A stretch of DNA of 32,083 nucleotides from contig JANYBF010000375.1 in assembly GCA_025360895.1 (NCBI GenBank), positions 1 to 32,083 of the forward strand. The letters are read 5' to 3'. A program made the translations under genes and the position numbers. The stretch comes from Verrucomicrobiota bacterium. Its GTDB lineage: Bacteria > Verrucomicrobiota > Verrucomicrobiia > Limisphaerales > JADLHS01. The notes under the pieces are model-generated. The model worked only from the letters and a program-made list of their open reading frames with translations. It searched no databases and was not told where the DNA came from. Shown here one piece after another: positions 1 through 7,873 of this stretch (within the stretch, counting starts at the first letter, position 1; every line of letters begins with the position of its first letter).

Positions 1-1565
1 TTGTTTCTATCAACTGCGTCGGACGGCAGCGCCGGGGGTGGACAAGGTGACGTTCGCGGAATACGAACGAGAACTGACCAGTGGGCTTAACCCGCACAAC
101 GGGGCAGCCCATCATGACGTTTGCGGTCCTGGCCAGGAAACGAGCGCGCCCAATCTACCAACCGGGTCTTTGCCAACCCAAGGGCGCTCCGGGCGCGCGC
201 CGTTTCAAATTGTCCTTTTGCCTCCATCAGGTTTCAGGTCTGGGTTGGTTGTCCGGGGCGGGGCGTTCTTTAGCCCCCGAGCATCTCCCATCCAAAATCC
301 GCCGGCTCGGCACGTTTGGTTTTCCAGCGCCACCGGTCCACCGCCATTTGTCTGGCAATGGCCACGATGGCTTTCTTGCGCGCTCCCTTGTTGACTTTGG
401 GTCGGCCCAGCACCGGCTGCCATTTCTTAACCAGTTTGCTTTCCGGCTGCCAGATCACCAGCCGCCAGGCCAGTTCGATCAGCGCCGTACGCAGGCGGGC
501 GTTGCCGGGTTTGGTGATCGGCAGCAGGTGAGAGCTTTTGCCGCTGGCACTGATGCCCCCGCACAGTCCGGTGTAACTCCCGATTTGTCGGCGGTTCTCG
601 AAGCGCGTCCAATCTCCCACTTCACGCTCGATCACCGCGTGGGTCAGTCCGCCCAGTCCTTTGGGTCGTACTTGCGGTGCGGCGGCTTCCAGCTTCGTCG
701 TGGCGTCAGCCAGCGTGTCGCTCAAGGTCTGGAGCACGGTGCGGAAAACTTCCAGCCGTTCCACCAGCCAGACGGGCAGTTTGAGATAAAGCCGTTCCCA
801 ATGCGCGCCCTGCCACCAGTTGTTCTTGGTGTGATGGCTCTGGGTCAAGAGCAGGCTGCGTCCTTGGCTGGCCACGCGTTGAACTTCCCGCCGCAGTTGT
901 TCCCGTTGCCAGCGCGTGGGCGTTTCCTGCCACGTAGCGATCTAGGCGCAGTGCCAGTTCCCGCGCATCCCGCTTGTCATCGTTGACCCCGGTGTGCCGT
1001 TCGTCCAGACAGACCGGCTGTACCACTACGTTGAGGATGCCCAACCCCACCAGTTGCCGGTGCAAGCCGTAGCCAAACGGTCCCGCCTCGTAACAACTAT
1101 GCACCGCATCGGCCAGGGCCACTTGTTTCTTCACCCACTCCAGAAACTTCACGGGGGTGAACTTCTGCGCAGGTTGCGGCGAGGCCTGATCCAGGATCCG
1201 CACGAAGACGATTGTCTCGGCGTGGACGTTCAGTCCCAGCTTGATCGCTTGCTGCGCCTTGCTCGCGCCTTGCTCCGCGCGAACTTCAGAGATATTCAGT
1301 TTTGGTTGGTTCATAGCGCTGGTGGGTGTAGCGCTTCTGCGCTCGCCCGCCAACTGCTCATGTCATCTACCAGCGGACATTCTTGTAACGTCGGGTCAGT
1401 GCGAAGCGAGCAACTTTGAAGAGCCCGGTGCGGAAATACTGCACGCCGGGATCTGTGAGGGGGGCGCGGGGCAACCCACGTCCCTACCTCGATAGCGGGT
1501 GGCTTTGCCGGTCGCGCCGGTTTTTCTTAAGTTGGGGTCGTACGGATACGAAGCTTGCGGTGGTT
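1..1565 (-). mobile_element. IS110-family insertion sequence. The ends are not resolved; the span given is the maximum allowed by the window edge and the flanking ORF.
   Basis: It contains a two-frame IS110-type transposase (270-1314). About 250 nt upstream (1315-1565) and 269 nt downstream (1-269) have no convincing ORF. No terminal inverted repeats are visible, which is typical of IS110. Confidence 0.55.
270..1314 (-). pseudogene. IS110-family transposase (DEDD/RuvC-like N-domain plus Transposase_20 C-domain), interrupted by a 1-nt frameshift near 922-941
   Basis: The N-terminal part (MNQPKLNISEV...CYEAGPFGYGLHRQL...DDKRDARELALRLDRYVAGN) lies in the frame of ORF 706..1353. The C-terminal part (TPTRWQREQLRRE...GLGGLTHAVIEREVGDWTRFENRRQIGSYTGLCGGISASGKS...GNARLRTALIELAW) lies in the frame of ORF 270..875. 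That second frame is closed by a TAG at 942-944. Skipping one nt in ...GCA GGA A|AC GCC... joins the two frames. No slippery heptamer is present. Confidence 0.8.
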
Positions 1566-1739
1566 TTAGACGCCGGTGATTTGGCGCATGACGTCGTGGA
1601 TGGAAAGGCCAAGGACCTGGACGTGGAAGTCAATCGTGTTGCCGGCCAGGTTGCAAACCGCTTCCGGCGCATTTTTTTGTCCCTCGCTAGGTTCAATCAC
1701 CTTGACGCCGGCAGTCAGCGGGGAGTAAACCACTGCCAT
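1566..1739 (-). CDS. hypothetical small protein (57 aa), not in the supplied ORF track
   Basis: My own translation gives ATG at 1737-1739 and TAA at 1566-1568: MAVVYSPLTAGVKVIEPSEGQKNAPEAVCNLAGNTIDFHVQVLGLSIHDVMRQITGV. Third-position GC bias looks coding. I recognise no family, and it abuts the IS non-coding end. Confidence 0.35.
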   Translation of the reverse strand: MAVVYSPLTAGVKVIEPSEGQKNAPEAVCNLAGNTIDFHVQVLGLSIHDVMRQITGV

Positions 1740-1789
1740 CGTCGTTGGCCTTTAAATTCTGGGTGGCTGACGCACAAAGCAAATAAATC

Positions 1790-2647
1790 ATGACTATCTC
1801 AAAAAACCTGATTCTCGCCGTTGTGACAGCCGGGTTGCTGGCAGCGCCGCTGGCGGCGCAAGATTCTCCAGGCAAGAAACCCAACGCGCTGGCGGGGCCG
1901 GCCACGGCCAAGCTCGGTAACATCGCGCAGATTAACCTTCCCGCCGGGTATGCGTTTTTTGACGGCGACACGACGCGAAAAATGATGGAATCCGCCGGCG
2001 AACCAACCAGTGGGAACGAACTTGGTTACCTGCGTCCCACGAACGCATCATGGGGGGTGATGTTTCGATTCAACGACGTTGGTTTCGTGAAGGACGACGA
2101 GAAGGACAAACTCGACCCGGTCAAATTGCTCGCCGCCATCAAAGCCGGCAACGATGAAGGTAACAAGCTGCGCGAACACAATGGCAACCCACCGCTCCTC
2201 ATTGTTGGCTGGGAACAGGAGCCGAAATATGATGCCGCCACGCACAATCTTACCTGGGCCATTCGCGCCACCAGTGAGGGGCAGGCGATTTTGAATTACA
2301 ACACCCGTTTGCTGGGTCGCAAAGGCGTGATGCAAGCGGTGTTAATTTGCGATCCCGAAGAGTTTTCAAAAACGCTGCCGGCTTTCTATGGCTTGCTTGC
2401 CAACCACAAATTCGAATCCGGCGAAAATTACGCGGAATACAAACCCGGCGACAAGATTGCGAAGTACGGCCTTGGCGCGCTCGTTCTCGGCGGCGGGGCG
2501 GTGGCGGCGGCCAAACTGGGATTGCTGGCGCCGGTGATTCTCTTTTTTAAGAAAGTCTGGAAATTCGTCGTCTTCGCTCTTGTGGCGGTCGCCTCTTTTT
2601 TCAAGAAAATCTTGAACAAAATCACGGGTAACCGATCCGAAAACTGA
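1790..2647 (+). CDS. DUF2167-family membrane-anchored protein
   Basis: It has a signal peptide (LILAVVTAGLLAAPLAAQ). The pattern INLPAGYAFFDGDTTRKMME...GNELGYL...VGWEQEPKYDAATHNLTWAI matches my recollection of DUF2167. The C-terminus has TM helices. Confidence 0.7.
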   Translation: MTISKNLILAVVTAGLLAAPLAAQDSPGKKPNALAGPATAKLGNIAQINLPAGYAFFDGDTTRKMMESAGEPTSGNELGYLRPTNASWGVMFRFNDVGFVKDDEKDKLDPVKLLAAIKAGNDEGNKLREHNGNPPLLIVGWEQEPKYDAATHNLTWAIRATSEGQAILNYNTRLLGRKGVMQAVLICDPEEFSKTLPAFYGLLANHKFESGENYAEYKPGDKIAKYGLGALVLGGGAVAAAKLGLLAPVILFFKKVWKFVVFALVAVASFFKKILNKITGNRSEN

Positions 2648-2672
2648 TCCACCCCATCCCCCCTGCGCCACC

Positions 2673-3839
2673 ATGAGCGATGTTCAGTTGCTGTTCGTCG
2701 TGCTGGCGGCGCTTTACCTCTGGGAATGCGCTTGTTGGCTGCGCCGTGGCTCCGTCGCCTTCGTCACCTGGCTGGGGCGTGACTGGCGGGCGGTGCATCC
2801 CGGTGCACTGGCCGGAAATCCTAATGGCGGCTTCATTCTCGCCGCCCCGCTCCCGCCGCTGGGCACGCTGCTTATTGCGAATCTACTGCCGCTTTCCCTC
2901 GCACCCGATGGCGTGCTGGCTTTCGTGGCCACGAACGTCAATCCTGGCTGGCGTCCGGCGCAGAGCGGATGTTTTGTGCGGTGGGATAATCTTGGCACCG
3001 TGCGAGTGCGTGGAAAAAAGCTGCTCATCAACGACGAACTGTTTTTGGTCGCGGGCACGTCCAGTTTTGCGCGCCATTTGGAGGCGGAGTTGCTACGGCT
3101 CGGAAAGCTGAAGCCGGCGCAGCGAGAAAGTGCCATTGCCGAAATGCTGCGCGGCACGTTCGACGGGCCGGGGATTGATTCGCAGCTGCGGGAATATCGA
3201 ACCCGCGGTTCCGCTGTGTGCCGGTTGGCCAACGCGCTATTCCTGTATCTGCTGATCATCGTGCCCGGGTTGATCTGGTATTTCGGTTTCGGTCCGGTTT
3301 CGTTGGCACTGCTGTTCGGTTTGCTGGTGCTTACGATTGCCACCGCGACGTTTTTTTGCCGGGCCCATCGCGCGCTGTATCCCAACGCCAGTGATGAGCG
3401 ATTTACGCACACCCTCACCATCGCACTCGCGCCCAGCTCGGCCCTGCGGGCGCACGACGCGCTATCGCGTCCGTTGCTGGAGAACTTCCATCCGCTCGCG
3501 GTGGCGAAACAAATCTTGCCGGACAAAGAATTCCGCCCGTTTGCCCGACGTGTATTGCTTGATCTCCGCCATCCGGCCCAGCCATGGACCACCAGCGAAC
3601 AGCCGGAGGTGGTTGCAACGGAAGCGTATTCCCGGTACATCTTGCTGACGGCGGCGGAAGGGTTTCTTAAGCAGCACGGCCTCGCTCCGGACCAATTGGG
3701 GCAAGCTCCGGCGCCCGCCGATGCGGCGTGTCGCAGCTATTGTCCGCGTTGCGATGCGCAGTTCACCACTTTGAGCGGAAAATGTGCGGATTGCGGCGGG
3801 CTGGCGGTGGTGGCACTGCGGCGCGACGCGGGTAGTTGA
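2673..3839 (+). CDS. hypothetical polytopic membrane protein with a C-terminal zinc ribbon (CPRC...CADC)
   Basis: A 388-aa ORF starts 26 bp after the DUF2167 gene. It has hydrophobic helices (LFLYLLIIVPGLIWYFGF, LALLFGLLVLTIATATFF) and a CxxC-x11-CxxC tail. The antisense ORF 2714..3640 is Ser/Arg-rich and was judged spurious. Confidence 0.6.
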   Translation: MSDVQLLFVVLAALYLWECACWLRRGSVAFVTWLGRDWRAVHPGALAGNPNGGFILAAPLPPLGTLLIANLLPLSLAPDGVLAFVATNVNPGWRPAQSGCFVRWDNLGTVRVRGKKLLINDELFLVAGTSSFARHLEAELLRLGKLKPAQRESAIAEMLRGTFDGPGIDSQLREYRTRGSAVCRLANALFLYLLIIVPGLIWYFGFGPVSLALLFGLLVLTIATATFFCRAHRALYPNASDERFTHTLTIALAPSSALRAHDALSRPLLENFHPLAVAKQILPDKEFRPFARRVLLDLRHPAQPWTTSEQPEVVATEAYSRYILLTAAEGFLKQHGLAPDQLGQAPAPADAACRSYCPRCDAQFTTLSGKCADCGGLAVVALRRDAGS

Positions 3840-3857
3840 CCCGCTCGTATTGCGTGG

Positions 3858-4421
3858 TCAATTGCACGAGAGGTCTTCCGGCGATTGGGCGAGGAGCTGG
3901 TTGCGCCAGCCGCCCTTGCGGCGGAGAACGAGGGGCCAGAGTTTTTCCGGCGGGGTGTCGAAGATAAGTTCCAAAGTGGCCGGATGGGTGAGCCACGCTT
4001 TGCGTTTCATTTCGCCTTCGAGCTGGCCTGCGCTCCAGCCGGCGTAACCGGCGAAGAGTTTTACCTTCTTGGCTGCCGAAAAGGATTCCCCAATTTCGAC
4101 CAGCGAGTCCAACGAATGCCCGAGGCTGAGATTTGGCAGCACGATGGCATCGGGGATGAGACTGTCAGAATGGAGATAGCTCAACGCCGTCGGTTGCACT
4201 GGTCCGCCGAGATAGAGCTGGCTTTCCTTCAAGGGGGCGGGCAGATCGGCCACGATGGCATCGCCGACCTTGTTGCCGGACGTGCGGTTCAGGATGAGGC
4301 CAAAGGCGCCTTCGGTGTTGTGCTGACAGATCAGGAGGACGGTGCGCTGGAAAAACGAGCCTTGCAGTTCGCCACTGTCCAGCAGCAACTGGCCTTTGAG
4401 AGTTTTTGTTTTCTCCGGCAT
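3858..4421 (-). CDS. YqgE/AlgH-family (UPF0301) protein
   Basis: Matching motifs are LLLDSGELQGSFFQRTVLLICQHNTEGAFGLILNR...LYLGGPVQP...FAGYAGWSAGQLEGEM. The start was moved to the internal ATG (MPEKTK). Confidence 0.85.
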   Translation of the reverse strand: MPEKTKTLKGQLLLDSGELQGSFFQRTVLLICQHNTEGAFGLILNRTSGNKVGDAIVADLPAPLKESQLYLGGPVQPTALSYLHSDSLIPDAIVLPNLSLGHSLDSLVEIGESFSAAKKVKLFAGYAGWSAGQLEGEMKRKAWLTHPATLELIFDTPPEKLWPLVLRRKGGWRNQLLAQSPEDLSCN

Positions 4422-4481
4422 AACAACGCGGCCAATATGCACCGCACTTGCCGTCGCGACAATCTCGATTAAACTTCTGCC

Positions 4482-4601
4482 ATGAAGAAAATCTGCACCT
4501 TAATTTTACTCGCGGCGATGCTGGTTGCTGTGGCGGGCTGCAAGTCTCACTCGGGCAATCGGGATTATATTCCCGGCAAAGGCTGGGTCCCGAACGATTG
4601 A
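4482..4601 (+). CDS. small lipoprotein (39 aa), not in the supplied ORF track
   Basis: Translation: MKKICTLILLAAMLVAVAGCKSHSGNRDYIPGKGWVPND. It has a textbook signal peptide and a lipobox (VAGC). Confidence 0.45.
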   Translation: MKKICTLILLAAMLVAVAGCKSHSGNRDYIPGKGWVPND

Positions 4602-4606
4602 GCGGC

Positions 4607-5728
4607 TTATTCCTCCGGCAAAAACAGTTCCAGTTTTGCACCGCTGGCCTCGAACCGGATGAGGACGGAGTTCGGGCGAATTTCGAGGCACCGCACAATC
4701 ACATTCGTCTTGGCCAGCCGGACGCGGGTTCGATCCATCACGGCAAAAGTTTGATCGTTGATGATCGCAAGCCGCTTGGTCGCAGATCCCGATATAGTTC
4801 GAAGGATCAACTTTTCCGGTAATACGGCTGGCGGGGCATTGAGAAGGTAAGAAGGTAACGCGGCAGCCGCAGCGGCACTTTCCGTCGGCTGGGTCGCCCG
4901 TACTCCGTCCGGATCGGCGGCGTCCAGCTTGGCGGCTTCCCCGGATTTCATCCAATCCAGAACCGCATTGAAACCGTGGTGGGACTCCGCCATGAGAAAG
5001 GCGTCGAGCTGGCCGCGCGTGTAGGGATTCTCATTGATGGCTTGCTTCTGATACGCGGCCCGGCGGTCGTCCATCAAGGTGTAGGCGATTAGCTCGCAGA
5101 ACGCTTCGAGTGCATCCGGTGACAGGGTGGCTTTTCGGCTGGTCGGGAGTGTTTCATTGATCCACGCATGGCCGAACTCGTGCGCGGCCACGGCTTCGAG
5201 CTGTGACTTGTTCAAGCTGCTCAGAATGTTAATCGAGTGGATCTGCGATCTGCCGCCGATAGAATGGCTCTGGGTCGCGCCAAAAATAGCGGTACATTTC
5301 CGGGTGTAACCTGGCGATTTGAACAAGCTCTCCAAAGTGAACTGATCCACAATGGTCAGGACGATGTTGGTCTGGGGAAAACGGAGATACCGTGAGAACA
5401 GCCGGTCCAAGTCATCCCGGGCTTCCAGACAGATTTTTTTCGCCTCTTCGTCCGACCCGACCGCGTCCCGCGCACAAGCGGCGCAAAGGAAACGGCCATC
5501 TGGTAAACTGGTGAATCCCGATTTGACCGGCAAGCCGCATGCGAAGCAGTGCGCTTCCAGTTTCACGCAATCGCCGCAAATCTCAAACTTGCCGCCGCGC
5601 GCCTTGTCGTCCACGAAGTAAAACTTCCCGGTGATGGGTTTTTCACACACGCGACATGGAGTCGCCCCGGCAAAAGCAACCGCCGCCAGGCTGAGAGACA
5701 GCCAGACGGCGGTAACGAGCGCATTCAT
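4607..5728 (-). CDS. secreted LIM-like zinc-finger / DA1-like zinc metallopeptidase with a GspB-like C-terminal domain
   Basis: It has a signal peptide (MNALVTAVWLSLSLAAVAFA) and Cys-rich fingers (CRVC...CGDC...HCFAC...CAAC). The HEFGHAW metallopeptidase motif sits in a DA1-like context. The tail RLAIINDQTFAVMDRTRV...VIVRCLEI resembles GspB/PilP-type domains. Confidence 0.65.
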   Translation of the reverse strand: MNALVTAVWLSLSLAAVAFAGATPCRVCEKPITGKFYFVDDKARGGKFEICGDCVKLEAHCFACGLPVKSGFTSLPDGRFLCAACARDAVGSDEEAKKICLEARDDLDRLFSRYLRFPQTNIVLTIVDQFTLESLFKSPGYTRKCTAIFGATQSHSIGGRSQIHSINILSSLNKSQLEAVAAHEFGHAWINETLPTSRKATLSPDALEAFCELIAYTLMDDRRAAYQKQAINENPYTRGQLDAFLMAESHHGFNAVLDWMKSGEAAKLDAADPDGVRATQPTESAAAAAALPSYLLNAPPAVLPEKLILRTISGSATKRLAIINDQTFAVMDRTRVRLAKTNVIVRCLEIRPNSVLIRFEASGAKLELFLPEE

Positions 5729-5744
5729 GGTGCGCGGTGATGGA

Positions 5745-7586
5745 TTAAACCAGCGATTTAACCTTTTTGACGATGGCAGCGGCATCAATACCGAACTTTG
5801 CCAGCAATTCTTCTGCCTTGCCGGAGCGCGGGAGTTCGCGCACGGCCAGTTTATGGACTTTTACGCCCTCGCAACTGAGTTCGCCGGCGACGGCGTCGCC
5901 CAACCCACCTTCGGCGTAGTGATCCTCTACGGTGACCACCACGTTGCCGGTTTTTTGCGCGGCAGCTTTGATGACGTCCTTACCCAGGGGTTTGATGCTG
6001 TACGCGTCAACCACGGTGATGCCGATGCCTTCCTTCGCCAAAGCGTCGGCGGCTTTGAGGGCTTCGTGCAACGTTACGCCCGCGCCAACCACGGTGATTT
6101 TGTCACCGGCGTTCTGCCGGACAATCTTCGCGCCGCCGATGGGGAATGATTCGTCGTTTTTGTAAATCACCGGGGTCTTCGGGCGCGAGGTGCGGAGGAA
6201 GAAAATGCCCCGATTCAGCGCCATCACTTCGAGCAACTTCTCGGTGCTCACGGCGTCGCTTGGATAGAGAACCACGCTGCCGACCACAGCGCGCATCATG
6301 GCGAGGTCTTCGAGCGCCATTTGCGACGGACCATCTTCACCGATGCTGACACCAACGTGCGAGCCGACGAGCTTGAGGTTCGCCGTTGAAATGCCCGCGA
6401 CGCGGATTTGATCAAACGCGCGGGTGAAGAACGTGGCGAACGTGGAAGCGAACGGGACTTTGCCGCGGGTGCCAAAACCGATGGCGACGGACACCAAGGT
6501 TTGCTCCGCGATGAAACACTCGGTGGAACGCTCGGGGAATTTTTTGAAGAACTTTTCCGCGTAGGTGGAATTCTTCGTGTCGCCATCTAGGGCCACGACG
6601 CGTTGATCCGTTTCCCCGATGCGCAACAGCGCGGTGCCGTAGGCTTCGCGCGTGGCGATTAGATCACCGAGCTTGTAGCTGAGCGCGGGATAGGTGGCGG
6701 GGGAGGTGTTGTTGGTCGCCGGCCGGGCGGCCGGTGCGGGTATCGCCACGCCGATACCGGATTTGGCGCTGGGCTGCAATTCGGCAATGGCGCGCGCGGC
6801 CTCTTCCTTGTTCAACGGTTTGCCGTGCCAGTTTTCCTGATCTTGCAGGAAGGAAACCCCGGCGCCCTTATACGTCTTGGCGAGAATGCACAGCGGTTGA
6901 TCGTTGATGCCGACGCCGCTGAGGACTTCGAGAATTTCTTCGAGGTCGTGGCCGTCATCCAAAGTTTCGACGCGCCAGCCGAAGGCCTCGAAGCGCTTGC
7001 GATAAACGCCGATGTCGTGACCGAACGCGGTGGGCTGACTTTGGCCGAGGCGATTAACATCCACGATCGCGATGAGATTCTTGAGTTTGTAAGTGCCTGC
7101 GAGTGAGGCTGCTTCCCACACGGCGCCCTCGGCGATTTCGCCATCGCCGAGCAAGACATAGGTATTGTAGTCGAGCTGGTCGAGCCGGCCGGCGAGCGCC
7201 ATGCCGACGCCGACGCCCAAGCCCTGACCGAGGGACCCGGTCGCCACGTCCGCAAAGACGAGCCGCGGCGTGGGATGGCCTTCGAGATCGGAGTCAATGC
7301 GTCGGAGCTTTAGCAATTCTTCCACGGGGAATAATCCGGCTTCGGCCCATGCGGCATAAAGCAATGGCGCGGCGTGACCTTTGGACAGAATGAAGCGGTC
7401 GTTGTTGTAGTATTTCGGATTCTTCGCATCGTAGCGCATGTGGCCGAAAAACAGTGCCGCAATAACGTCCGCTGCGGAGCAGCACGAAGTGGGATGGCCG
7501 CTGCCAGCGGCAGTGGTCGAAGTAATTGAGTGGATACGCAACTGGTTGGCGATCCCCTTCAGCAATTCAATGTCAGTTTCAATCAT
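5745..7586 (-). CDS. tkt: transketolase (single-chain, about 613 aa)
   Basis: Matching motifs are AAGSGHPTSCCSAADV, GSLGQGLGVGVGMA, LGDGEIAEGAVWEA and a C-terminal Pyr/TK_C region. The start was trimmed to MIETDIELLK (ATG at 7584-7586). Confidence 0.9.
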   Translation of the reverse strand: MIETDIELLKGIANQLRIHSITSTTAAGSGHPTSCCSAADVIAALFFGHMRYDAKNPKYYNNDRFILSKGHAAPLLYAAWAEAGLFPVEELLKLRRIDSDLEGHPTPRLVFADVATGSLGQGLGVGVGMALAGRLDQLDYNTYVLLGDGEIAEGAVWEAASLAGTYKLKNLIAIVDVNRLGQSQPTAFGHDIGVYRKRFEAFGWRVETLDDGHDLEEILEVLSGVGINDQPLCILAKTYKGAGVSFLQDQENWHGKPLNKEEAARAIAELQPSAKSGIGVAIPAPAARPATNNTSPATYPALSYKLGDLIATREAYGTALLRIGETDQRVVALDGDTKNSTYAEKFFKKFPERSTECFIAEQTLVSVAIGFGTRGKVPFASTFATFFTRAFDQIRVAGISTANLKLVGSHVGVSIGEDGPSQMALEDLAMMRAVVGSVVLYPSDAVSTEKLLEVMALNRGIFFLRTSRPKTPVIYKNDESFPIGGAKIVRQNAGDKITVVGAGVTLHEALKAADALAKEGIGITVVDAYSIKPLGKDVIKAAAQKTGNVVVTVEDHYAEGGLGDAVAGELSCEGVKVHKLAVRELPRSGKAEELLAKFGIDAAAIVKKVKSLV

Positions 7587-7623
7587 GAAGCGCGAACAAT
7601 ACGGCAAGGGTGTCAGAAGGCCA

Positions 7624-7651
7624 AGAATGAAAATTGACAGAATGAAAATTG
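7624..7651. promoter_or_regulatory. tandem 13-nt direct repeat (AGAATGAAAATTG twice, 15-nt period) in the tkt/sufD divergent intergenic region
   Basis: Exact copies lie at 7624-7636 and 7639-7651, 38 nt upstream of the tkt start on the minus strand. Confidence 0.3.
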
Positions 7652-7873
7652 CGCCGACGCTTGAATCGAAAGTCGTTCCGCCACTTTGGCTATTAATTCG
7701 GTTCGTGTGGTTTGACTCACTTTGAGTTCCATAGCTCGGCACGCCATTTTTCCCATCTAAAGGTAGCAATTTTTTGAGTGAATTCGAGGCGGAGCGAAAG
7801 TCGGAGCAGACTTGCTTCTGCGGTACCGGCATGAAACACTGCGTACTAGATTGGGAAACTTTTGAAACCAACC

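Noticed and set aside
915-945. Programmed ribosomal frameshifting in the IS110 transposase
   Set aside because: IS110-family transposases are normally single ORFs. The junction GCAGGAAACGCC has no slippery heptamer, and a +1 shift would be needed. A mutation or assembly indel is more likely.
81-986. Long plus-strand ORF (301 aa) overlapping the IS110 transposase
   Set aside because: It is antisense to a clearly recognisable transposase. Its composition is Pro/Arg/Gly-rich, typical of shadow ORFs in GC-rich DNA.
4724-4736. GCGGGTTCGATCC, which resembles a tRNA T-arm
   Set aside because: It lies inside the DA1-like CDS, and I could find no acceptor or anticodon stem partners around it.
7624-7651. 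Tandem direct repeats (also at 27158-27185), considered as mini CRISPR-like or satellite arrays
   Set aside because: There are only two units each, with 2-nt spacers and no cas genes, so they are not arrays.
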